From assembly GCA_951406725.2 (NCBI GenBank), contig OX597833.1, forward strand, positions 22,692,001 to 22,756,000: a stretch of DNA of 64,000 bases, given 5' to 3'. A program made the translations under genes and the position numbers. This stretch comes from Octopus vulgaris (lineage: Eukaryota). The notes under the pieces were generated by a model. That model was not told the origin of the DNA and did no database searches. It saw nothing but the letters and a program-made list of their open reading frames with translations. The first letter of the stretch is position 1. The number at the start of each line of letters is the position of its first letter. Below, one piece after another: positions 40,433-55,984 of this stretch.

Positions 40433-42013
40433 TCTTACTTATTGATAAAAGGATTTCCTATATTTTTGCAGTGATTCTTGATACATAAGTACCAATTGAA
40501 TATTGGGATCGATGTCATCCTCTAAACCCCTCCTTCTTGATACATAGTGCTTTAAAACTTGCAATGCCTTCATCATTTAGTAACCTTATGTAAAAATGAT
40601 GGTGTTATTTTTGTGTGGGTTCCTAAAAGAATATAGTTACTGTATGTATCTCTCCTTGAATTTACATTCTGTTAGTCTTATGTAAACATATTCACTCTGA
40701 TTTGTGAATTTTATATAGGTACAGTGTACTAACTTCTTACCGGGACATTCACCGTAAAGAGCAATTAGCTAACGTTTTCAGTTATACTGGTGTTGGTTAG
40801 ATGACAAAATACTGTTGTTATAGTTTCTGGAGATTTCTTTATTGATTCCAGAAATCAAAGCCTGCCTATTGCTAGTACAGCTGTAGCTAGCTTTCAGAAC
40901 ATCTTGTTAAAAATCATGTGGAGCAGTTAAATATTGGGGTCGATGTAATCCCCTAAACACCTCTCCCGAATTTGCTAACCTTGTGCCAAAATTTGAAATT
41001 GATACAACCGAGAAAGTATTGAGTATATTTATTTTCTATTCACCCCAAAGTTTTAATACATAAAACTAAAATATTTTGATGTTTCTTTGGTGTCATTACA
41101 CTTTAAACGTTTTACTTAAAAATTTCAAAGGAAAAATCCTTTTCTTTAGAGAACCCAATATATCTTAGTTCTATAGTATTAGCTTTGTTATCAATTCCAC
41201 AGAAAGAACGGTCTGATCAAAAGGAATTTGATGACGTTTAGGCAAGCCATTTACCTCAGTTTTAAGATGAAATATTAATCTCTGACAAGGCGACGAGGTG
41301 GCAAAATCGTTACCGCGCGCCGGGAAAAATGCTTAGCGGCTTTGCATCCGGCTCTGCGTTCTGAGTTCAAATACCGTTGGGATCGACATTGCCTTTTCAT
41401 CCTTTCAAGGTTGATAAAATAAGTACCAGCTGAACACGGGGGTCGATGTAATCGACTAACCCACCTCTTACGATATTGCTAGATTTGTGTTAAATTTGAA
41501 ATCAATATTAATCTCTGACATAATTCCTCTCAGTTACGTTATTATTGCACCTGGCTCTTTATTCAACCGAGTTTTCTCAGAAATGTTAGTTATTTATAAT
41601 AACTAATGTAATTAAATAATATTATATACGGAAAACAAACTTCTGAGTGGTTACTGAAAATATCAGCAATTTTTTTTTACATGAAATTTGTATAATTTCA
41701 ACCAAAAGTATAAACGACAGGCTGTATTTACTCGGTAAATTTAGATGCATACACACTTCAATATAGTTGTACTTCGCGCGTATAAAGATGGGATTTCATA
41801 ATTTAACGTAATAAGAATTTAATTAAAATCTACGATACACGTTTAATGTTACTGTGCACATAGCTTAAAATGAAAAGTCATATTCCTATAGGAATGATAA
41901 ATATGCAATTCTGTGCTAGGTTAGTATTAAGTCTTTTTTTTAAAATCAAGGCTTATACTTAGTTATATTACCAGCAAAATTCAACTTCGAATCACGCACA
42001 TATTTTTGAAATG

Positions 42014-42325
42014 TGGTGGCACAATGGCCCAGTGGTTAGGGCAGCGGACTCGCGGTTATAAGATCGCGGTTCTGATTCCCAGACCGGGCGTTGTGAGTGT
42101 TTATTGAGCGAAAACACCTAAAGCTCCACGATGCTCCGGCAGTGGGTGGTAGCGATCCCTGCTGTACTCTTTCATCACAACTTTCTCTCACTCTTTCTTC
42201 TGTTGGCCTGCTCGCTTAGCCGGCGGGGTGGCGTCATTTGAAGGCTAAAACAATGCGAAGCGCATTGTGACCAGCGATGTGTAGCAACATCTGATACCCT
42301 GGTGGCCACGGTGATCACGGTGATA
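42014..42325 (+). mobile_element. tRNA-headed SINE (family D); decayed relative at 20210-20475
   Basis: ATGGCCCAGTGGTTAGGGCAGCGGACTCGC head; GAAGGCTAAAACAATGCGAAGCGCATTGTGACC tail. Confidence 0.75.
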
Positions 42326-42514
42326 TTTTTGAATGCTCATTGGCCCAGACGTTGCTGTGTAGTAAGAAGTTTGCCTCTCAACCAGAGGTTTTCTTGTTCA
42401 GTCCTGTTGTGTGACACCTTGGGTAAGTGTCTTCTACTATAGCCTGATTTTGATCAGGAACCGTGTCAGTTGCCTTGTTACAGATGTTATTACAATGTAA
42501 AATAAATAAATGCG

Positions 42515-42760
42515 CCCTTTTAAAGCCTAACCAGGCTCATGGGCCCTGTTTCCCTGTTTCAACGGCGTATGTGTTCCCCAGCTGGACGGGACGCCAGTCA
42601 TCGCAGCGTTACTCATTTTTGCCAGCTGAGTGGACTGGAGCAACGTGAAATGAAATGTTTTGCTCAAGAACACAAGGCGTCGCCCGGTCCCGGAGTCGAA
42701 ACCACAATTTTACGATCATGATGCTGACACCCTAACCACTAAGCCACGCGCCTCCACTCT
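42515..42760 (-). mobile_element. tRNA-headed SINE
   Basis: Minus strand GGAGGCGCGTGGCTTAGTGGTTAGG..GGTTTCGACTCC. Confidence 0.75.
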
Positions 42761-43118
42761 TACAATGTAGCTGGAGTAAAAGCTGTGTTGATGATATTGG
42801 TAGTGTTGTTCTTTGAAGTTAATTTTACTCTTCTCCACAACCAACTGCAATTCTGTTAATTTTCAGAAAGATTTTGTAAGACTTTGTGGATGTAGGTGTC
42901 TTCAAACAAAACTGAATCTCCTGTCAAGGATTCCGGTTGAGCCTATCGCATGGGAGGAAACGCAGATGAAGGCAGCAGCATCAAGCTCCCTCATTTGATG
43001 AATGACACATATAAGGGAGTTCAATTTGTGAAGGTGTAGCAAAGCTAACTGTGGTGCCCCAGCATGACTGCAGCTCTCGAACCGAAACTAGTTAAAGTCA
43101 TAAATACAAATATTCAAA

Positions 43119-43635
<517 letters not shown>

Positions 43636-43661
43636 AGAATATATATGTATATATGTATACA

Positions 43662-43708
<47 letters not shown>

Positions 43709-43744
43709 GTATATACATATTTACACAGATGCACATACATACGT

Positions 43745-44430
43745 ATATATAAAGAAAGATTCCGTACTACTTCCTACCGCCTTATGCGCGCCACCATTCG
43801 TTCTAATCTCTCCAAAACACACACCATCGACCGCCTTCTCCCTTTTGCTTTTTCCATCTTCTCCTCTCAGTCGCCCTCCCATGCAAACTCCACTTTACGT
43901 TACATAATCCATTTAAATAATCTCTCTCATGAATTTCTCGCTCACACCAAACAACGTAAACTCCACTCACTCCTCCATTCCATCACACCCGATGCTACTA
44001 CCCCAACTCCTCCCCTACCCCTCCCTCCCTGATACGTTTCCCCACCCTCATCAACCCCCGTCACTCCACCCCCAAACCTACCCCTCATCCCCTCCCACCC
44101 AGCCTTCCACTACCCCCACCGCCCCTCCCGCTTCTGTCCCATCCACCCCTTCTCCACTTCAGTCTGTTGTTACCATTCCTCCAGATCTTCTTCTCTCTGA
44201 GGCGGAGCGCTCCCTCCTCAGTAAGGGCCTGCGCTTCATCCCCCCTCACTCCATCCAGCAACGAATTTCGGACTCGTGCCGATATCTACAGCTTTGTGCG
44301 CCGTGTTAGGTTGTGTGCGCTATTCCGCGACGAGGAGGACTACTTCACCGACCTGAGCCGCCGACCATCCCAGTGGACGCCAGCTCTTGGCCAGTTACAA
44401 GCAGTCGATCTTTTTGCGGGCGTCTGCAAA
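43745..44430 (+). mobile_element. PLE (Neptune-like) ORF N-terminal fragment
   Basis: VVTIPPDLLLSEAERSLLSKGLRFIP, frameshift, then NEFRTRADIYSFVRRVRL..WTP; typical of the region before the RT. Confidence 0.65.
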
Positions 44431-44793
44431 GCACAGACACATACACAAGGGGGCAAACACACACACATACTCACACACACATACACGCACGCACACACAC
44501 ATATACTTATATATACATACATACATACATACACACACATGCACACATACACATATACTACGGGCTTCTTTCATTTTCCATCAAGCAAATCCACCCGTAA
44601 TTTTGTCGTTGGGAAGCAAACCACACAACCACGGGAAGCAAACCACACAACCACGCCTAGACATGTGTGTGAGCATGTATGTATGTATGTATGTATGTAT
44701 GTATGTATGTATGTATGTATGTATGTATGTATGTATGTATGTATGCATGCATGCATGCATGCATGTATGTATGTATGTATGTATGTACATATA

Positions 44794-45662
44794 CGAGGTC
44801 TGATCAATAAGTATCCGGACTGTTGCCATAGTAACGAAGCTAAAGCAAGCAGAGTAAAGCAGCTTGGCAAAGATTGACCCTGAACTCTGCTGTGCATGCG
44901 CACTAAGTTTTGACGTTCTAGCTCACTTTCGCTCTTTACAGCAGTGCTTGGAAGGAGTCTGTGTAGCGTGTGATCATCGCATTGACCATGACAGAGTAAG
45001 TTGTCACGGTGATACCTGCTCAGAGGCCTATGCAAAATTGCAGAAAGTATATGGAGAGGAGTGTATAAGCCGCACACAAGTGTACGAGTGATTAAGTCGT
45101 TTCGAAGATGGCCGAAAATATGTCGATATTGACGAACGTTCTGGGAGACACTCAACCAGCAGAACTGAGAAAAGCACTGCAGATGTGCGAGCAGCTGTGA
45201 GGGGAAATCGTCGAATCAGCAAGCCTGAGTTAACAGAGGATGTGTAGATTAGTTGCGGTTCAGTTCAGTCCATTATCACTGGATTTAGGTATGAGATGCA
45301 AATCTGCCAAGTTTGTGCCAAAACTGCTTTCAGCTAACCAAAATGACACTCGGGTTTCAGTTGCACAAGATCTTGATTTTGTCGGGAACGATGAAAACTT
45401 TTTGAAAACTTTGCGTACCCTTTTTAGCAAAATTTGATGCAGATTCTCTGCTCAACTTTCTCTCTCATGGTCAGTGCGACGATCACAGGCTACACACCTG
45501 CCTTCCAAGCACTGCAGTAAACAGCGGAAGTGAGCCAGAACATTAAAACTTAGTGCGCATGCACAGCAGAGTTCAGGGTCAGTCTTTGCCGAGCGCTTTT
45601 ACTCTGCCTGTTTCAGCTTCGTTACTATGGTAATAATCCGGATATTTATCGATCAGGTCACA
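44794..45662 (+). mobile_element. internally deleted mariner with ~200-bp terminal inverted repeats
   Basis: TA-CGAGGTCTGATCAATAAGTATCCGGA; HTH remnant EAYAKLQKVYGEECISRTQVYE..RFEDGR..DERSGR, and KFVPKLL. Confidence 0.85.
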
Positions 45663-45749
45663 TATATCCAACGAACTTCGGCTCAGACTCTGCCTGCCAA
45701 ATTTCATTTTTTTCAATTCGCAAGGCATTTTTCAACCAGAGGCGATGGT

Positions 45750-45781
<32 letters not shown>

Positions 45782-45791
45782 TGTATGTATA

Positions 45792-45832
<41 letters not shown>

Positions 45833-46108
45833 AATATATATATATATATATATATATAAATATGTGTGTGTGTGTGTGGGGGGTGTCTAGTGTGTACAAC
45901 GAGCTTCTTTCGGTTTACATATAAACTCAGTAACAAAACACAAACGTACGCCATAGGGTGTGTCATAATTAGTCATCGCTAGTTATTTTTCGCGAAAGTG
46001 CTCTTAAATTATGAATTATTTGGAGCTACGCCATTAAGTCTATACGGTGAAAAAGTTAACAGAATGGGTCAACTTCCAATACGCGATGTAAAGGAATTAT
46101 GCGCGATC

Positions 46109-46177
<69 letters not shown>

Positions 46178-46565
46178 TTATAATGCATACGTACATACAT
46201 ACATACATACTGTAACACACGCACAATTGTAAGTATGTGTTGGTGCGGAATTTCTGATAAATAAGCGCGTCGAACAAAAATGTATTGTGGCATGCATTCG
46301 GCTCGAGTTGCATACGAGGGGCGTACATTGTCATCAAATTCAGCGAATCAAAGAAGCAACAAGTATATTTAGGTTTATTTGTTCTCCGCAGCAAAATATA
46401 CATACTAATCGAGATTTATAATAGATACATACACATATGTGCACACAGATGTGTGTGTGTGTATGTGTGTGTGTGTGTGTGTGTGTGTTTCTATGTTTGT
46501 ATGTATGTGTGTACGTATGTATATATGTATGTATATATGTATATATGTCTATATGTATGTATGTG

Positions 46566-46611
<46 letters not shown>

Positions 46612-46644
46612 TGAGTATATGTATGTGTGTGTGTGTGCATCTGT

Positions 46645-46684
<40 letters not shown>

Positions 46685-46789
46685 GGTAAAAAAAGTGCAG
46701 TGAAATTTCTGTGACAAGTGGGAAATGCCACGACCATTATTGAGTATAAAGACACAATATGATATTACTCATAATTCCTGATTGTCATC

Positions 46790-47370
46790 GAGTAACCATT
46801 TTTTATTGTATCATATGCAAACTTTGCGGCACCGTTTACGTTAGAAAAAAAGACCGACACTTTGTTTATTGCTTTCGGAAGTATATTCAAAGCATACTAC
46901 TACATATGCCTGACCATCCTGTCTTCACCCACTTCAACACTGCAGGCCATACCATCACTCGCCGCACACCATGGATCCACAATCTCAAGAAAATGGAGGT
47001 AACAACGATTCATGTTCCAACTTCGTAGCCTCTCAACGACAGGCTTAAATGAACGTCTTTCCTTCTATTCTTACTTACAGCTTCTCTTACTTCGTTAAAA
47101 CCTTTCTTATCCTTCAACATCCCCCTCTCCTCATCTTTTCTTTTCACCTCGCTCTTGACTTTGAAACATCCCACCTCCGCCTCATTTCTTCGTTTTCCCA
47201 CTGCTTCTCCTACCTTACGAACGAAGCTTGCGTCGTCCACCGTCCTAAATCCTACTCTGTATCATTTTGCTTGTTTTGCTTTGTTTTGCTTGCTCTTGTC
47301 CCTAATTCTCCACAAGAAGACTTTTTTTGCGGGCACCGCCAATTGGGAAGCATTCATTCTTATCATTAAA
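46790..47370 (+). mobile_element. decayed PLE GIY-YIG endonuclease end plus pyrimidine-rich 3' region
   Basis: TIFYCIICKLCGTVYV..HPVFTHFNTAGHT..LRSLSTTGLNERLSF matches the IYxxxCxxC..Y..HF..GLN pattern. Confidence 0.65.
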
Positions 47371-47514
47371 GTTGGTCGATAACTGATTAAGAATTACGGA
47401 CCTTCTGTTTGTCTCTAGTTCGTTTTCATATTTAGTATACGTTATGTCGTTTCTTTATACATTTTTTCATTTATTAAGTAATGGCACACAACACGGAAGT
47501 TATATATATATAAT

Positions 47515-48105
47515 TTGGATTCGGATTTTTTGTGTGAAATAAGTTATTTTTTCTTTTTCCTACAAAGAATGAACTTTAATCAATTATATATTTTCCATTT
47601 TGTTTGATGACCTTTTGCCATCCTTCTGATAACTTCATGATTCCGCGCTCATAGAACTTCTGGTCCTTATCAACCAAAAATTGAAGCAAGTGCGATTTCA
47701 GGGCATTATCATTATTAAAAGTTTTACCATTCAGAGAATTTTGCAAACTTCAAAATAAATGGTAATCTGATGGTGCAAGGTCATGGCTATATAGTGGATG
47801 TGACATCACTTCCCAACCAAGCTCTAATAATTTTTCATGAGTTACTAAAGACATGTGTGGTCTAGCGTTGTCATGGTGCAACACGATTCCTTTACGATTT
47901 GCCAATTCTGGCCGTTTTTCTTTGATTGCTTCCCCCCGTTTCATTAATTGTTGACAGTAAACATCTGAATTGATCGCTTTGGTTCTAAAGTAAGCTAAAA
48001 GTAACGTCTATCAAAAGGAAAAATCATAACATTGACAAAAGTCATTCCCAAAAATCGCAACTCTATCTATTTGTGAAAAGCGAAATTACTTTCTTTCCAA
48101 CACAA
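47515..48105 (-). mobile_element. internally deleted mariner
   Basis: KRPELANRKGIVLHHDNARPH..LGWEVMSHPLYSHDLAPSDYHLF; TIR TTGTGTTGGAAAGAAAGTAATTTCG at the right end. Confidence 0.85.
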
Positions 48106-48145
48106 TGTGTGTGTGTGTGTGTATGTATGTATGCATGTATGTATG

Positions 48146-48713
<568 letters not shown>

Positions 48714-49051
48714 TACAAAATAAACAGCTTTTCTTTTAGTAGTGTATTTAAAACAGGACGGTGATCAAGTTTTAACATTATTATAAGGGTATTTTCATAT
48801 TTTTTGCATAAGTCATATGAAAATATGAAAAAGAAATAACAAAAAAAGTTAAACTTGGAACGTGATCTGAAAGAGAACATTTATGGCGAGTGAATGGAAC
48901 TTGCAGCTCTTGTACACTGATTGTGAATTCTCATTTGTACTTATCATCATAGGTGCATTAGGTTATGTACCAAGAAATTTGCACAAAAACCCAGAAATAC
49001 TCGGTTTCACGGAAAAAGGACGAAAGAAACTGATGCGGATTTTCAAATCCA

Positions 49052-49135
<84 letters not shown>

Positions 49136-49139
49136 ATCT

Positions 49140-49366
49140 TATTTCTTTATTGCCCACAAGGGGCTAAACATAGAAGGGACAAACAAAGACAGACAAAGGG
49201 ATTAAGTCGATTACATCGACCCCTGTGCGTAACTGGTACTTAATTTATCGACCCCGAAAGGATGAAAGGTAAAGTCGACCTCGGCGGAATTTGAACTCAG
49301 AACGTAGCGTTAATCGGAATAGCGATAAGCATTTCGCCCGGCGTGCTAACGTTTCTGCCAGCTCGC

Positions 49367-49367
<1 letters not shown>
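49140..49367 (-). mobile_element. family A SINE inserted in (TATC)n
   Basis: Near-full core with (TATC)n on both sides. Confidence 0.85.
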
Positions 49368-49446
<79 letters not shown>

Positions 49447-49451
49447 ATATA

Positions 49452-49503
<52 letters not shown>

Positions 49504-50533
49504 TCTATATATGTCATCGTTCAGTTTTATTTCAAGATTTCTTGCCAATAGAGAAAGAGCCGGTTTCTAAACCTAGATTCAAGGCTCCTTCATTGGAATT
49601 TCAACATCAATAACAGGGTATATTTGTATGTATGTATGTATGTATTTGTGCAGATTTGCATGTTTTGTTTTATGTATGCATTCTCATGCATATAGCTGCA
49701 TATCTAGACATGCTCATATATATTTGAATGCTAAACTTCTTGAAAATTTTACAGATTTTTACAGTTCCAGTGATGGATTGAATTCGTAGTCTTCGAATTA
49801 GCTTTCCCCTTTCTGGTTTTGAGATGCCTAGTTTCTCAAGATTGGTATTTAGTCAGTGTGTTACACATCCCAGGGCCCCATTTATGTATGTATGTATGTA
49901 TGTATGTATGTATGTATGTATGTATGTATTTATATATGTATTATGTATGTAAGTATGTAAGTATTTATATGTACACACACATCTATAAAACATCCATCCA
50001 TTCACCCTTCTTTTCATCCATATTTACATGTATATATATATGCATAATATGTACATGAATGTACATGAATGTGTATGTATATATAGGTATACATGCTTCA
50101 AAGCATAAATATGAAGCGAATGTAGGCATGCGCCCCTCCCGCAAAGCAAATGCACACACTTATACACACAGGCATGCGATGTGCTTCCACTCCACATCTA
50201 AAATTGCTTCAGCCCATTATCGAAACAAGAGCGAAAGGCCTTGTAACAGTTGTATCATCATAAACAAGAGAAAGTAAATGCCTTCACATGTTTATAATTA
50301 TATGGATCAGTTCAACGACCGAGGGTAAATATATAACAAACAACACAAAGTAGTAATAAAACTTGAGGAGACTTAGATATATTAAGTAGATTATTATGTT
50401 TATAAGATTCACTATTACAATACTATCTCTCTATCTTGGTAACTGTCTGACTATCTCTTGACATATACATGTGTATAAGCACACATATGTAAGCACACAG
50501 ACACAGACATTCACATATACGTACTCTCTCGCA

Positions 50534-50580
<47 letters not shown>

Positions 50581-50967
50581 TCTCATCCACACATGTACAA
50601 GCTCACGCACACGTAGATGCATGCATACATGCATACATACATACATACATACATACATACATACATACATACATACATACATACATACATACATACATAC
50701 ATACATACATACGTGTGTGTGTGTGTAAAAACATATATACTTACACACACATTAATGAGCATTTTGTAATTGTGCAAGTATTTCTATACCGCAAAAATAT
50801 ATCTCAACGTCTCAATGCTTATATATATGCATGTGTGTGTGTGTGTGTTTGTGCGCGTGCGTGTGTGTGTACGTGTATGTATGTGTATATGCATGTATAT
50901 ATTTATATACATATATCTATATATACATTTACATACTTAGGCACACACATATATAGGTGCATATACT

Positions 50968-51030
<63 letters not shown>

Positions 51031-53271
51031 AGACGCACTTCAGTCATGAATGACCATGGGATTGCACCTAGAAAGTTACCCTCCCAGGCACAACTCAGGG
51101 CAATATAGTTTGTGGAAGGCTAGTAGTCGCCCATACCAGCCTACCCTCTCCACACCACTGATGTTATCCAAGGGAAAGGCAAAGGCCGATGCAACTTGTG
51201 TGAACTGGAGCAACGTGAAATAAAGTGTCTTGCTCAAGAGCACAACACACAGCCTGGTCCGGTAATCGAACTCACAACCTCACGATCGTAAGCTCTACGG
51301 TCTAACCACCGAGCCATTCGCCTTCACCCCCCCCCCACACACTCACACACAACACACATGCATATATATATATTCATACAAAAGTATATCAAAGTGTTCC
51401 ATAAAATGTCCATTTCAGATCTGTGGCAATGATTTTTGAAATAGAAATCACACGGAATTAAACACTGAGAATTAAAAAAATAAATCATCATGACAAATAC
51501 GTTATTATATTCCAAGGCTACGTAAAGTTTCGACCTGCCATTTTCGCATCTCATCACCTGATCTACAGAAGGATTTGTGTAAGACAGCGCAATAACGCTG
51601 TCATGCCCCCCCTCTCTCCCTCCCTCCCCCCCTCTCTCTGTCAATCGCTGTAGCACTATACGATTGCGCTTTATTTTCCTATCGTGTGATTTTTCTCTCT
51701 CCTTTCTCTTCTCGCCAACTCAGAACCTTAGAACTGACCATCCGCCTAATTTTCTTTTGTTTCTATCTCAGAGGTATTTTGGTAAAAGTCTAAATTTGTA
51801 TTTTCCGTCGTGCTAGCACTTTCTCTTTTTGTCCCGTTCTTAATTAAAGGAGACAATCCCTTTTCATGTGAACACTATTTATTTATGAGTTACTTATTTT
51901 ATTCTTGTCGTAAGTCGCCCCTTTCTTTGTTAATTCGCTGCGGTAATTCGTCTCGGAGGAAAATTTCTTTCTGTAGAATATGTGTTTCAGTATGATTTTG
52001 TCACTTTAGTGGTAGGTACCGCCTAGGTCATTTGGAGTTATGCTGGAACACAGCTCAGTGTGCGTTTATACATAAAATCTACAGAAAAAATTTCTCGGAG
52101 AAAAGATCCTACAGCTATTCCTTTTCACACTCCAGTGACAAGTGAAAAAGAGCATTCTAAGAATAAATACACACAGCATTATTTTAGCCCTTGCTGTTTT
52201 GGATGCGTTTACTAAACATTATGTAAATGCAGAGCAATCCTCTTTATTATTTTATAATAGCCTTTATTTATTTATAAAATAAATTTAATATTTGTACCTC
52301 TATAAATTCATACTTAGCTTATATATAACAATACTGGTATATTCACTACTTAAAATAAACTGCTTAGATTATAATTAAATTAATTTATAGTTAGCATGTT
52401 CTTTTACTTTGGTGCTCCTTTATTAAATACCAGTATATACCAATTGATCAATATTCACTGATACCATCTGATAAGTTAGTATTTAAGTTTATAATATGTA
52501 TAAATATTAAACTATTTCTGGATAATTTTCTTTTCCTCCCTCTATTGTGGTAAAAGTTTGGTATATACTCAAAAGTATTCATAAAGCATTTTATCCTTTT
52601 GGTAATTCTTCTTCTTAATAATCCTTGGAATAGCCCTAAACTTTAACTTTATACAATATAGCAGTATTGCTTAAAATACTACCATCTTGATTTATGTTTT
52701 CCTTTACCAAATCTCATGATACTGCTGCAAATAAATCTTGATTTTTATGACTATACCCACTATGATGTCTGTCGACTCCCGCAGCCCTACCCCTAACAGA
52801 CACGGCCTTAGATATACAAGGATTTGATAAAACTAGCCTATAAATTAAAACTGACCCCATATAAAAGTGACAAGCAAAATCTGTAACAATACTTTCTTCC
52901 TGATAACTTAGTAGCTTCTAAGCGGAAGGAAAGGCAGCATGTTCTTTGTCTATCTCCTTAAATTCTTGGAGATTTTAGGCAAAATTATACTAATGTGTCC
53001 ATCTGTTATAATTTAATTAAATTCTATGTCTTTGAGCAGCTGAGGATTGTTCTGCATTTAAATTGATGTAATGGTTCGATTGTTCAATTAAATGGAGTTG
53101 CGTGAAACGATCGTACTGCATTACTTCTGGATATCTTTGTTGCTTATTTTGATTCTAATCACCTTATTTTGAAATTGTATGGATAATACCGTATTAAATT
53201 CTGGTGCCTCAACTTAAGTACCATATTCATCTGAATCTAAATTTTTGCTGAACTCATATATATATATATAT

Positions 53272-53700
53272 ATTGGCATCACTTACCAAATCCTTTGTGA
53301 GCCGCTCTCCGGCTATGTATCTGAGGCTTTATATAGCTATGGTGCGGCTTCACCTGGAATTTGCATCATCGGGCTGGAACCCCTATCTTGCTTACAAAGT
53401 CAGAAAACAGCACAGCTCCCATGACTTTCGGAAACATTTTTTCACGCTAAGAGTTGCTGAAGTATGGAAAAAACTGCCGGCATCAGTTGATAGTTGTCGG
53501 AGCACTGCATCCTTCAAAACTTCCATGCTTCCTGGGATTCGCCAACAATACACCTGATTTTCTCCCCTCCATACACACGCAAGCATGTATCTGACTCATA
53601 CACTGTTCACTTTCCAGACATTTGTACATTACTGCATATGCTATTTAAAACAACTTTTGACAAGTTGTGGTGCACCTGAGCACTGTATACAATAATTTCA
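53272..53700 (+). mobile_element. CR1-like LINE 3' fragment with internal deletion and (ATT)n tail
   Basis: LYIAMVRLHLEFASSGWNPY joined to RKHFFTLRVAEVWKKLP..SFK. Confidence 0.8.
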
Positions 53701-53715
53701 TTATTATTATTATTA

Positions 53716-53771
<56 letters not shown>

Positions 53772-53814
53772 GTTGTTGTTGTTGTTGTTGTTGCTATTGT
53801 TGTTGTTGTTGTTG

Positions 53815-53932
<118 letters not shown>

Positions 53933-53944
53933 TGTATATATATA

Positions 53945-54157
53945 AGTAAAGTTAATCACCACATCAAAGTGGCTGTTCCATGTTACTACTAGTTTAGCCC
54001 CAGGCAGATCATTTGCTAGCTGGTTATCAGTGCAGCAGCACTGGTTAGACTAGTAGTAACATGGAACAGCCACTTTGATGTGGCGATTATCTTTACTAGT
54101 TAATATAGTTACTACTCTCATCTCTTCTTAAGATTTTACAAGTTACTTTGCTTGTTT
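53945..54157. repeat. (TA)n-bounded fold-back element with ~55-bp arms
   Basis: CCACATCAAAGTGGCTGTTCCATGTTACTACTAG inverted within 54049-54097. Confidence 0.8.
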
Positions 54158-55106
54158 TATATATATATATATACCGGGGTAGGGTCGCTGTATCACTCCT
54201 ATGGGTCAGGTTATCAGATGTTAAACATCGCTGGTCACAGTGCACTTCCAGTTCTTTCTTGATTACGCCATACTTTCCCTTTTTATCCAAATCGTTTAAC
54301 TAAATCATTTACCCATCGTCATGGAGGTCTTCCGAGCGCACACACCTTACGTCCTTAAGCAAGATACTTTATTTCACGTTGCTCTAGCATACTCAGCTGA
54401 AAATGCATTCCAGCTCTCTCACTTTCTTTCTTTCTCTCCACCATTTCGTATTGTTTCGCCGGGTCAGAGATAGGAGGACTGATAGGTTATCTATATCTGA
54501 ACACTACTACATAGGCGTCAAAAACAATTATCAAAAGCATAGTAATACTCGCTCGTGAGCGGTGGCTTTGATATATAAACACAGAATAGCACAAAGCGTA
54601 ATATTAGATAATAATAGATAATTAAGGCGGCGAACTGGCAGAGTTGTTAGCACTCCGGGTAAAATGCTTAGTAGTATTTCGTCCGTACTAGGTACTTAGT
54701 ACTTAGTAGTATTTCGTCCGTCTTTAAGTTCTGAGTTCAAATTCTGCCGATGTCGACTTTGCTTTTCATCTTTCGGGTTCTATAAAACAAGAACCAATCA
54801 ACTGCAGGTATCGATGGAATCAAGTTACCTCCTCCCTGAAATTGCTGGTCTTTAGACAAAATTTGAAATAAATATATCAAATAATTGGTTTAGATTCACT
54901 TACACTGCTCAGCGCATTGGGCGGTACGCTTCATCCACCGAAGTCGGTAGGTTGCTACTCTTGCCCATACATTCCACGTAATGTTGACTGCGATTAAGTC
55001 ATCTTGAAATGTCCGCCGTCAAGTGTCTTTGGTCTGCCTTTTTTATGCTTGCCGACGGATGGTACCCAAGTCACGACTGTTTTCGAGAGTCGTAGATCGG
55101 CTAGAC

Positions 55107-55984
55107 CAGTGGTTCTCAACCGGGCTCCATATGATCCCTGGGGGTCCACACAAGCAAAATAGTAAGTATTGGGTTGTCCGGAAAGTTCGTGCCGATTTAT
55201 AGTAGCTTACCTTTCGACTTATTTTAGAACTTGGTTGAGTCCGTAAAATAGGATTTGACTACACCTCCATTTAGAGCACAGTTTAAGCTATCTTTTCGTG
55301 GAAGAAGGTTTATGTTCCTATAATCTGTGTTAATTCTGTAACCCTTTAAAATGGAAGATAAGAAAGTTCATTTTCGGCACTTGATGCTTTGGGAACCAGA
55401 CAAAAATTGCTGCGGCTCGGCTGGGATGTGTTACCCCACCCTCCATATTCACCAGATATTGTTCCTTCGGATTTCCACTTATTCAGGTCTCTGCAGAATA
55501 GTCTTAATGGTAAAAATTTCAGTTCCTTGGATGAGGTAAAAAGATACCTTGATGAATTCTTTGCCCTGAAACCACCTCAATTCTGGAAAGAGGGTATTTT
55601 CAAATTAAAGGAAATATGGAGACGCATTGTGTAACAAAATGGTTCATATTTGGTTGATTAAAAATGTAATGGCAAGTATTTATTGACCTTTTTCTTTCCT
55701 TTAAAAATCGGCACGAACTTTCCGGAAAACCCAATAATGCTTTCAGTTTGCATAGAAAAATGTTACTTTGGATGTATTTATTGCAAGAAACAGCTAGATT
55801 TCTTCCTCTAACGTTTTACATAGTTCAGCTTACACAAGTGAATGCGTGAAAAACGAAATAGTAGTTTTGAAAGAAACATCTATAAAACTAATTTTAAACA
55901 TCGAATGGCTTTGGAGTTCCATCAGAACAGAACAGTAATCTAAGGGGTTCAAAGGCAAAAAAAAAAAATGGTTGAGAATCATTA
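55107..55984. mobile_element. non-autonomous hAT-Charlie element
   Basis: TIRs CAGTGGTTCTCAACC / GGTTGAGAATCATTA; 8-bp TSD GGCTAGAC / AGCTAGCC (nnCTAGnn). Confidence 0.8.
55169..55734 (+). mobile_element. internally deleted mariner nested in the Charlie element
   Basis: TIR TTGGGTTGTCCGGAAAGTTCGTGCCGATTT at both ends, TA TSD; MEDKKVHFRH joined to LGWDVLPHPPYSPDIVPSDFHLFRSLQ. Confidence 0.9.
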
